From an uncultured Candidatus Binatia bacterium (GTDB lineage: Bacteria; Desulfobacterota; Binatia; UBA9968; JAJDTQ01): DNA of 64,000 nucleotides. The DNA is taken from assembly GCA_965213675.1 (NCBI GenBank), contig OZ243916.1, forward strand, positions 3,200,001-3,264,000, read 5' to 3'. Position numbers and translations under genes: made by a program. Numbering within the stretch: the stretch's first letter is position 1; each line of letters starts with the position of its first letter. Positions 51,719 through 59,361 of the stretch are shown one piece after another. Below the pieces are notes generated by a model that saw nothing but the letters and a program-made list of their open reading frames with translations, was not told the origin of the DNA and did no database searches.

Positions 51719-51938
51719 AGAACTGCACTTGCCGAAGGTCGAGATCTGGAAGGAAGTCTGCACTTCGTGCGGGGCCTGTGACGACGCCTGCCCGACGGAC
51801 GTGATCCGGATGGGCCCGGACGGTTATCCGTTCGCCAAGTACGAGGAAGACTGCCAGGGCTGCTTCATCTGCGAGTGGGACTGCCCTGTCGGCGCCATCA
51901 AGATCCGCGTCGCGCGCTGGTACGAGGCGGGACGGTAG
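51711..51938 (+). CDS. 2[4Fe-4S] ferredoxin (AprB-like)
   Basis: CTSCGACDDACP and CQGCFICEWDCP; overlaps the upstream stop. Confidence 0.9.
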   Translation: MAEELHLPKVEIWKEVCTSCGACDDACPTDVIRMGPDGYPFAKYEEDCQGCFICEWDCPVGAIKIRVARWYEAGR

Positions 51939-52066
51939 GTGCCGGGTTCCGCGGCTTGCCACCGTTCCGCGGCCCACGCCGGGTCCCCGGCACGGGCGTC
52001 AACGCGGGCCGGCGGCGGTCCGCGCCCGCGGAAGCAAGCCGCCTCATGGGAGGCCCCCTGCCGCCC

Positions 52067-52942
52067 ATGAGCATCTTCTATGCCCTGATCGCGTCCTTTG
52101 GCTTCGCGGTCTCCCACATCCTGATCCGCCGCGGCCTGGCCCGGTCCAATCCGCTGGCCGGGTTCGCCCTCTCCATCCTCATCTCGTCCGTGACCCTGTG
52201 GGCCATGGTCGCGGCCACCCTGCCCATGACCGTCTTCCGGACCCACGCCATCTGGTACTTCGCGGTGGGCGGGCTGTTCGCGTCCGGCCTCGGACGCTGG
52301 CTGGTGTATGTTTCCATCGACCGGCTCGGGGTGGCGCGTTCCATTCCGGTGGTGAGCACCACACCCATGTTCGCCTCGATCCTGGCCGTTCTTCTCGTTG
52401 GCGAGCACTGGACCCTGTGGGCCTTCTTCGGCACCGTGCTGATCATCGGCGGGGTGATCATCATTTCCCGCACCCACGAGCAGAAGGCCGAGTTCCGCCC
52501 GCGGGACTTTATCTTTCCCCTTCTCGGCGCATTGTCGTTCTCGTTCTCGGCCAGCGTGCGCAAGCTGGGCTTCTTCATCGCCAACCTGCCGCTGATGGCG
52601 TCGTGCGTGAATGCCACCACCGGGCTGGCGCTGGCCGTGGCGATGATCTACGCCCAGGGCGGGCCGCGCAAGGTGCTGCCCATGTCCCGATCGGTGTTCG
52701 CGTGGTTCGTGGCCGCGGGTATCTGCAACACCACGGGCATGGTGGCCAACTTCTACGCCCTCTCCACCGGCGACATCGTCATCGTCGAGCCCCTGATCAG
52801 CACCAACCCCGTGTTGACCGTCGTCCTCACCGCCATCTTCCTGCGCGATGTGGAGACCGTGAACATGCGCGTGTGCGCCGGCGTCGCCCTCACCTTCGCC
52901 GGCACCCTGCTGCTGGTCTTCGCCCGAGGACACGGGGCGTAG
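52067..52942 (+). CDS. DMT/EamA family transporter
   Basis: two EamA repeats, ~10 TM segments, P..S.NP / LVGE and FLRD motifs. Confidence 0.88.
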   Translation: MSIFYALIASFGFAVSHILIRRGLARSNPLAGFALSILISSVTLWAMVAATLPMTVFRTHAIWYFAVGGLFASGLGRWLVYVSIDRLGVARSIPVVSTTPMFASILAVLLVGEHWTLWAFFGTVLIIGGVIIISRTHEQKAEFRPRDFIFPLLGALSFSFSASVRKLGFFIANLPLMASCVNATTGLALAVAMIYAQGGPRKVLPMSRSVFAWFVAAGICNTTGMVANFYALSTGDIVIVEPLISTNPVLTVVLTAIFLRDVETVNMRVCAGVALTFAGTLLLVFARGHGA

Positions 52943-53056
52943 GGGCGACCGCGGGTCACCCGTGCACGGACACGCGCGCGGCAACGCCCGGAATCGTCGT
53001 TCCCGCGAAGACGCGCATCCGTGTCCTTTCCCGGACGGCTTCGTTATGATGGTTTC

Positions 53057-54229
53057 GTGCGTACGGGACTGGAAAGGCTGCTGGACGATCCGCGCCGCTG
53101 GCTGGGCGCCGCGCGGGCCGGCCTCGTGGCCAACCCCACCACGGTGGACCGCGGGTTCGCCCACGCCGCGGATCTCCTGCACCGGCACTCGCATGGGAAC
53201 CTGCGCCGCCTGTTCGGTCCCGAACACGGGCTGCGCGGGTCGGCCCAGGACATGGTGCGGGTGACGGACGGCACGGACCCGGGCACGGGCCTTCCCGTGG
53301 TCAGCCTTTACGGCGACACCTTCGATTCCCTTTCGCCCACGGCGGAACAGCTTTCGGACCTCGACGTGCTGCTGTTCGACATCCAGGACGTGGGTGCGCG
53401 CTACTATACCTACGCCGCCACCCTGGCGCTGTGCATGCGCGCGGCCAAGGCCTCCGGGGTGCGGGTGGTGGTGCTGGACCGGCCCAATCCCATCGGCGGC
53501 GTCGCCGTGGAGGGCGGCGGTCTGGAACCGGGCCTGGAGAATTTCTGCGGGCTTTTCCCGGTGCCCCAGCGGCACGGCATGACGCTGGGCGAGTTGGCGC
53601 GCCTGTACAACGATACGTTCGGCATCGGTTGCGACCTCGACGTGGCTCCGTGCACGGGCTGGGCGCGCAACGCCTGGTACGATGCGTGCGGCCTGCCCTG
53701 GGTGATGCCGTCGCCCAACATGCCCACCCCGGACACGGCGCTGGTCTACCCGGGCATGTGCCTGCTGGAAGGCACCAACCTCTCCGAGGGTCGGGGCACC
53801 ACGCGCCCCTTCGAGCTTTTCGGGGCACCCTTCATCGACGGCGACGCCCTCGCCCGGGAGCTGCGGCGCGACGATCTGCCGGGCGTGATATTCAGGCCCT
53901 GCGTCATCGAGCCGGCGTTCCACAAGTTCAAGGGCGTGCGCTGCGGCGCCTTGCAGTTGCACGTCACCCACCGGGACGCGTTCCGGCCCTACCGCACCGG
54001 CCTCGCCGTGCTGGCGGCGGTGCGACGGCTATGGCCCGAATCGTTCGCATGGCGCACCGAGCCCTACGAATTCCGCGCCGACGTTCCCGCCATCGACCTC
54101 TTGACCGGCCGCCCCGCGGTGCGGCAGGCCATTGACCGCGGCGCCGGTCTCGACGAGGTGGCGCGCATCGCCGGCGGCGGCACGGAAATCTACAATGCTG
54201 GCCGCGACAACGCCTTGTTGTACGCTTGA
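53057..54229 (+). CDS. exo-beta-N-acetylmuramidase NamZ / DUF1343 family
   Basis: VRTGLE, LFGPEHG.RG, FDIQDVG.RYYTY, LDRPNP, HGMT.GELA, PSPNMP, EGTNLSEGRGT. Confidence 0.92.
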   Translation: MRTGLERLLDDPRRWLGAARAGLVANPTTVDRGFAHAADLLHRHSHGNLRRLFGPEHGLRGSAQDMVRVTDGTDPGTGLPVVSLYGDTFDSLSPTAEQLSDLDVLLFDIQDVGARYYTYAATLALCMRAAKASGVRVVVLDRPNPIGGVAVEGGGLEPGLENFCGLFPVPQRHGMTLGELARLYNDTFGIGCDLDVAPCTGWARNAWYDACGLPWVMPSPNMPTPDTALVYPGMCLLEGTNLSEGRGTTRPFELFGAPFIDGDALARELRRDDLPGVIFRPCVIEPAFHKFKGVRCGALQLHVTHRDAFRPYRTGLAVLAAVRRLWPESFAWRTEPYEFRADVPAIDLLTGRPAVRQAIDRGAGLDEVARIAGGGTEIYNAGRDNALLYA

Positions 54230-54405
54230 GCACGTGTGGGCGATCCGTGGTTCGGACCTCACGGTTGAGCAAGACGCCCATGTTGCAAAAATTGGGAAGA
54301 GAGGCGTGGAAGTAGAGGCATGGGAGGAGACTCTGATCCATTGAGAACTCGAAGGGCGCCTTCTTGCCGGAGACAACGGACCAAAGCTTGCGAAGGAGGA
54401 GGATC

Positions 54406-55098
54406 ATGGCACATCAGGAAGTAGCAGTGGTGGTGGGGGGAGGGCCGGGGCTGAGCGCGTCGCTGGTGCGGCTCTTCACCCGGGAAGGCATGAAGGCGGC
54501 CATTGCGGCCCGCAACCCGGACAAGCTGAACGCGCTGGCGCAGAGTACCGGCTGCCGCGCTTACCGGTGTGACGCCGTCGTGCCCGACGAGGTGGACGAC
54601 CTGTTCGCACGGGTGGGGCGGGACCTGGGCGATCCCAGCGTGGTGGTCTACAACGCCAGCGCGCGGGTGCGCGGTCCGCTGCCGGAGCTCGATCCGGCTG
54701 CGGTCCGGGATGCCATCCTGGTGACTTGCTATGGCGGATTCCTGGTGGGGCGGGCCGCCGCCCGGAGCATGCTCCGGACCGGCGGCGGCACCATCCTGTT
54801 CACCGGGGCCTCGGCCAGCGTCAAGGGCTACGCCAACTCGGCGTCCTTCGCCATGGGCAAGTTCGGCCTGAGCGGCCTGTGCCAGAGCATGGCGCGAGAG
54901 CTTCAGCCGCAAAACATTCACGTAGCTCAGATCGTCATCGACGGCGGCATCGACTCTCCCCGGCGTGACTCGGCCCGCGGCCCGGACACATGGCTCAGCC
55001 CCGACAGCATCGCCGAGACCTACCTCCAACTGCACCGCCAGCACCGGAGCGCATGGGCGTCGAACATCGAGTTGCGACCCTGGGTGGAAAAGTTCTGA
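54406..55098 (+). CDS. short-chain dehydrogenase/reductase
   Basis: VVGGGPGL, YNA, FTGASAS, F...KFG, IHVA...IDG. Confidence 0.92.
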   Translation: MAHQEVAVVVGGGPGLSASLVRLFTREGMKAAIAARNPDKLNALAQSTGCRAYRCDAVVPDEVDDLFARVGRDLGDPSVVVYNASARVRGPLPELDPAAVRDAILVTCYGGFLVGRAAARSMLRTGGGTILFTGASASVKGYANSASFAMGKFGLSGLCQSMARELQPQNIHVAQIVIDGGIDSPRRDSARGPDTWLSPDSIAETYLQLHRQHRSAWASNIELRPWVEKF

Positions 55099-55168
55099 CC
55101 GACCCGGAGGCGCCGGGCAAGTCCATTCAAGTCCGGTTCGCACATTGTAAGTGCAGGGGCGCGTCTTC

Positions 55169-55275
55169 TGTCATTTCCGCGAAGGCGGAAATCCAGGAGC
55201 CTGCGCCGCAAGCTCCCAGGTGGGATTCATGGGTCTGGGCACCCCGCCGCCCCTGGATGCCCGCTTCCGCGGGAG
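55169..55275. repeat. inverted REP doublet (REPIN/BIME-like)
   Basis: tgtcatttccgcgaaggcggaaatccagg ... cctggatgcccgcttccgcggga. Confidence 0.65.
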
Positions 55276-55384
55276 TCCTCACGAGGCCTCGTTCCGTCGA
55301 TGGGGCGCTGTCCGAACAACCGATTCCCGTGCGAACCGGCAGCGTGGGATGTCCCTGCAAAGGGACTGCGTCCGAGGGAACAGG

Positions 55385-55466
55385 ATCGATCACGAACCGG
55401 GCTAAAGGACAGACGGAAGCCGCCGATCTTCCTGTATGGGATGGAACAGCGGCGTTACAGGTCGAT
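55385..55466 (+). ncRNA. possible degenerate GEMM-I (cyclic dinucleotide) riboswitch
   Basis: closing stem atcgatc/ggtcgat; GACGGAAGCCGC-cGATCT...ACA-GCGGC-GTTAC resembles the GEMM-I 3' half; P2 is poorly conserved. Confidence 0.3.
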
Positions 55467-55953
55467 GGCTCGAAACACAGCGGTCTTCGTCGGACGGCAG
55501 GAGGGTGTAGTCCTGCCGTCCGTGCTCATGTTGATCGCGGTGTTGGCGGTGGTTGGCGCCACGAGCATGAACGCGTCCCTGACCGACCTGCGCATCACCG
55601 ACGCCTACTACAAGAGCGCCACGGTGTTTCACATCGCCGAGGCCGGACTCGCACACGGACGCCACGAGTTGTCGGACGAGGACGGCAACCTTGATTTCGC
55701 CGCCATCCTGGCGACCACGGCGATCTTCGCCGGGCAAGGGTTCCACGGCGGGAGTTTCACGGCCGTCGCCACGCCGGTGGCGGGCAGCGTACCAAGGCGC
55801 TTGCGCCTTCGGTCCTCGGCCTGTTTCCCGGCTGCCAACCCGTGTCCGCGCGGGCATGCCAGGGCCGTGGTGGAAGCGCTTCTCGAACACGACCCCGCCG
55901 GTACCACGCCAAGCGAACGCGTTCGTCTGATTGCGTGGCGCGCGGTTGATTAG
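55465..55953 (+). CDS. PilX N-terminal domain pilus assembly protein
   Basis: QEG|VVL..VL (non-E5 pilin), F.IAEAGL, C-terminal AWR; alternative start 55441. Confidence 0.8.
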   Translation: MARNTAVFVGRQEGVVLPSVLMLIAVLAVVGATSMNASLTDLRITDAYYKSATVFHIAEAGLAHGRHELSDEDGNLDFAAILATTAIFAGQGFHGGSFTAVATPVAGSVPRRLRLRSSACFPAANPCPRGHARAVVEALLEHDPAGTTPSERVRLIAWRAVD

Positions 55954-56155
55954 GAGCCCGTCGGATTGGTCCCAGGGTAGGGGCGACCGCCCGGTTGCCC
56001 CACGCGGTGGTGACCACGCGAGGAATACCCCGGGTCAAGCCCGGCGTGTCGTCACGCAGCCGACCGCGACCCAGCAGATCACCGCGGGACGCGACACCAA
56101 AGGCCTGTCGGGTTTTTCGAATCGCAGCGAGAGGCAGGACGGCGTCGGGCGACTG

Positions 56156-57160
56156 TCAGCGAGCTTCCGTTCGTTTCCATGAATCACAATGCCGGACCGG
56201 GAGGCGAACTTCCCGCGGCGGCTGCGCGGGAGGGGTGGCGTCCAGTACGACCTCGCAGGGGGTGATGGACACGACATGGTGGGAGCCGTCCCCCAGCCTG
56301 GAACCCGGCCGCACCACGTAACCGTAACCCTCGGTATCCTTCAGCAGCGCCGCTGCGTCGTCTCTTCCCCAGACGATGCCCATTGCCTGAAATCGGAGTT
56401 CGGGAAGGGGAAGCACGGGCTCCAGGACGGGTTCCGGTGATTCCGTCCCGGGCGCTGGCAGGAGGCGGTACGGCTCGAAAGGGTCGCGAAGCAAGGCATG
56501 GGAGTCGTCGTCGTCGTCGGGTCGCCGTGGCGGCCCATGTGGCGCCGGAACGTCCACGGTCCCGGCCCCGCCGGCTGCTTCCATCACCCTGTTGGCCTCG
56601 CCAGTGTCCGGCGGCAGCCGGAGCGTTGCCATCTCCATGGTGATGCGAAGGCGCGTTGTGCCGTCACCGCCCGGCAGTGTCTCGATGGTGAGGCTCCGGG
56701 TATCCGGCAATGTGGCCGGCGCCGCGGAATCCAGGAAGCGGAGCAGGTCGTGGTAGGTCCCGGTGAACTCCACTTCCAGCAGGCCTTCGGTGAGAAACTC
56801 CCCGGCAACCGTCGCGCCGGGTTGGAACCGTGCCACCTCCAGCCCCGCCATGGCGGCCCGGGCGGTCACGCGTTCCAGTGGATCGACGGGCTCCACCACG
56901 CGCGGGAACCGGGAACGCAGCGCCCGGCGGAGCGCGGCGAGTTCCTGGCGCAGGCGCGGCGCCTGGTCCGCCTGCCGTCTCAGCCGTGTCTGTTCAAGGC
57001 GGGCGATCTCCAGGCCGGCGTGGACACGGGCGATGCCTTGAGACAGGGGCCGGTACAACACGACGTAATCCAGGGCGATCAGCGCGAGGATCACTCCCGC
57101 GATGGCCAGCGCCCATTGCGCGGCGGAACGTTCGAGCAGGAGGTCGAGGTAGTACCACAT
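56156..57160 (-). CDS. pilO: type IV pilus PilO fused to a PilP-like domain
   Basis: TM plus coiled coil, GLEV..F.P, GTYHDL.RF (PilO); then RDPF.P, GIVW....ALL.D..G.GY.V..G..LG (PilP). Confidence 0.8.
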   Translation of the reverse strand: MWYYLDLLLERSAAQWALAIAGVILALIALDYVVLYRPLSQGIARVHAGLEIARLEQTRLRRQADQAPRLRQELAALRRALRSRFPRVVEPVDPLERVTARAAMAGLEVARFQPGATVAGEFLTEGLLEVEFTGTYHDLLRFLDSAAPATLPDTRSLTIETLPGGDGTTRLRITMEMATLRLPPDTGEANRVMEAAGGAGTVDVPAPHGPPRRPDDDDDSHALLRDPFEPYRLLPAPGTESPEPVLEPVLPLPELRFQAMGIVWGRDDAAALLKDTEGYGYVVRPGSRLGDGSHHVVSITPCEVVLDATPPAQPPREVRLPVRHCDSWKRTEAR

Positions 57161-57181
57161 GAGCGTTCAAGCCGGCTGAAG

Positions 57182-57742
57182 TCATTCGCCGGACGCCGCC
57201 GGGGCCGGCGGCGCAGTGGTGCGCGCGTGGATCACGAAGTGCCGGAAACCGATGTCTCCGGGCGCCTTGCCGGCCTCTACGAGTTGCCTTTCCACGAAGT
57301 CGCCGGGAAGGTTGCGCAGAAACCGGGTGATGGATGCATCCTGCGTGGCTTGACCCTCCAGCACCGTGACGTCATCGGACTCGGCGTAGCGCGTCAACCA
57401 CAGAGTCTCGGGCGCGGCGCCGGCAAGGCCGCGCAGCGCCTTCGCTGGCCGCGCGCGAGCTTCGATCCAGCCAATGATGGCAGCATTCCTGCGCCGTTGC
57501 TGTTCGATGTCCTTTTCCAGCGCCGCGGCGGTCTTGGCGGCTTGGCGCAGCGACGCGGATTCCGCGCGCAACGCCGACAGGTCGGCCTCCATGCCGGAAC
57601 GGTGGCGGCACTGGGCGACGTTGACAACGCCAAGGGCTGTCCCGGTCAGGCACAATGAAGCGGCCAGGGCGAGAACGCGGCGGCGTTTGCGCCGTAGCGC
57701 TCGTTGCTCCCGGGTGGACAGGAGGTTGATGCTGGTGATCAC
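57182..57742 (-). CDS. pilN: type IV pilus assembly protein PilN
   Basis: INLL N-terminal motif, TM, coiled coil, PE.LWL, LEG.A. Confidence 0.88.
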   Translation of the reverse strand: MITSINLLSTREQRALRRKRRRVLALAASLCLTGTALGVVNVAQCRHRSGMEADLSALRAESASLRQAAKTAAALEKDIEQQRRRNAAIIGWIEARARPAKALRGLAGAAPETLWLTRYAESDDVTVLEGQATQDASITRFLRNLPGDFVERQLVEAGKAPGDIGFRHFVIHARTTAPPAPAASGE

Positions 57743-57779
57743 GGGAAGGCGTCCTCTCTTCTACGGCCCTTCTCCTTGC

Positions 57780-58838
57780 TTAAGGGCCCGTCCATTCAGC
57801 GGGGTCCCTGACGGCGAGGCCCGCGGCCACGGCGAATGCCGGCTCGGCCAGCTCGCTTCCGGCCAGGGCCGTGCCTGGGAACAACGCGCCGTGGACGCGA
57901 ACCTCGGCGTCCAGGGCGCGGGCGAGGCTTGGGCCGAGACCGGGCAGGACGGCGCTACCGCCGCTCAGAGCGATGTGCCGCGGCGTGGCGCCGGCGCCCA
58001 AGGCGCCGTACAGTTGGAGGCCGCGACCGATCTGCGCGGCGAGGGAGTCGCACAGTGAGTCGAGCAACTCGTCAACGGCCGTGCTGGCGCCGCCGCGCTT
58101 GAGGGTTTCCGCCTCGTCGCGCGGAATCCGCAGCTTCGTGGCGAGGCCTTCCGTCAACTGCTCGCCGCCCACGGGCAGGTCCGTCGTGTAACCTGGACCG
58201 TCCGGCGCCGGAAGATGGACGGTGGTGGAACGGGCGCCCACGTGGATCCACGCCCACGGGGTTTCGTCCCCGGACAGGCCGGCGCACACGCGGGCCAGAG
58301 CGAAGTGGTCGATGTCCACGACGACGGGCGTCAGCCCCGCGCTCTCCAGGAGTTGGACGTGCCTCTCGACCAGGGACTTCCGTGCGGCGACCAGGAGCAC
58401 CTCCAGCGCGCTGCCGTCCTCGGAGGTTCCCAGCATTTGATAGTCGAGGTTGACGTTGCCCAAGTCCTCGGGAATGGCGTCCATGGCCTCGAACTCGATG
58501 ACGTCGTCCAGGGTGCCTTCGCTCTGGGCGGGCAGCCGCAGCCGCTTGATGATGGCGCCCCGTCCGGGGATGGCGGCCACCACCGGCGGCCGCGCCGCGT
58601 CGTCCGCGGCCGCGAACGCCTGGATCGTCCGCGCCAGCGCCGCGGTCTCGCGCACGACCCCGTTCTCCATCGCGCCGGGCGGCACTGGAAGCGCTCCGGC
58701 GCGCACCACCTCGGTCTCGCCGCTCGTGTCCGTGACCTCGGCGATCTTGATGGCGCTCGAACCCACGTCCACCACGAACCAGCGGCGCGACCGCTTCCAC
58801 CGGCGGAGAAATGAGGCGATTCGTTTCAGGTGGGACAT
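57780..58838 (-). CDS. pilM: type IV pilus assembly protein PilM
   Basis: DVGSSAIK, LDYQ, VLLVAA, GL.P.VVD, GGE.LT, LSGG, VA.GLA. Confidence 0.92.
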   Translation of the reverse strand: MSHLKRIASFLRRWKRSRRWFVVDVGSSAIKIAEVTDTSGETEVVRAGALPVPPGAMENGVVRETAALARTIQAFAAADDAARPPVVAAIPGRGAIIKRLRLPAQSEGTLDDVIEFEAMDAIPEDLGNVNLDYQMLGTSEDGSALEVLLVAARKSLVERHVQLLESAGLTPVVVDIDHFALARVCAGLSGDETPWAWIHVGARSTTVHLPAPDGPGYTTDLPVGGEQLTEGLATKLRIPRDEAETLKRGGASTAVDELLDSLCDSLAAQIGRGLQLYGALGAGATPRHIALSGGSAVLPGLGPSLARALDAEVRVHGALFPGTALAGSELAEPAFAVAAGLAVRDPAEWTGP

Positions 58839-58906
58839 ACGGGACGCTTCAGGTGGGGCATGCGGAACATACGAGGATACCTACGAAGATATATACGGGG
58901 GTACGA

Positions 58907-58923
58907 AGCAAAACCGGGGCCAG
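58907..58923 (-). promoter_or_regulatory. sigma54 (-24/-12) promoter for pilMNO
   Basis: minus strand cTGGCcccggttTTGCT with GG-N10-GC spacing, ~70 nt upstream of pilM. Confidence 0.6.
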
Positions 58924-59361
58924 TGCCAAGGCAAGCGCCAAGGATTCCGCGCGCCGCAACGGGCGCCGGAGCCAGGGGTTCGTGTAAAGTCTTGAGCCAT
59001 CGCGACGTTGCGCGGCGTCTGGCCGGTGACGCGGCGGTTTCGGACAAGCTCGGATGGCGTTGTCCCCGCTCCGCTCCGGGCGCGCGCGTGGCGCACCCGT
59101 CAGTTCAGTGGCAGTGAACGGCACGCCGGCGACAGTGCCGGCACGTTATTCCCTGGTCCTGTCTTCATCACGGTGTCGGCTCCAAGCCGACATGGCCGGT
59201 TCCCCCGAATAGGGACAGCCAGGGGGAAACTGCGAATCGGGGCGGTGTCGACCATGTGGGTCCGAGCGCAGTACCGGCTGCGCTTGGAAGACGGGGACCG
59301 AGACGGGCAATGCGCGCCGGAGACGTGGCTTTTCGGCGCCGTCTCATCAATAATCCGGGCA

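Noticed and set aside
49952-51938. Calling this aprAB (dissimilatory APS reductase) or sdhAB
   Set aside because: Only superfamily-level motifs are visible, the ferredoxin lacks the AprB tail, and there is no supporting gene context
59195-59335. Cobalamin-riboswitch-like words (aataggga, ggaag, gccggagacgtggc)
   Set aside because: Core B12-box elements (GCCACTG, CCCGC.ACTGT) are absent and priA is an unlikely target; needs an Infernal search
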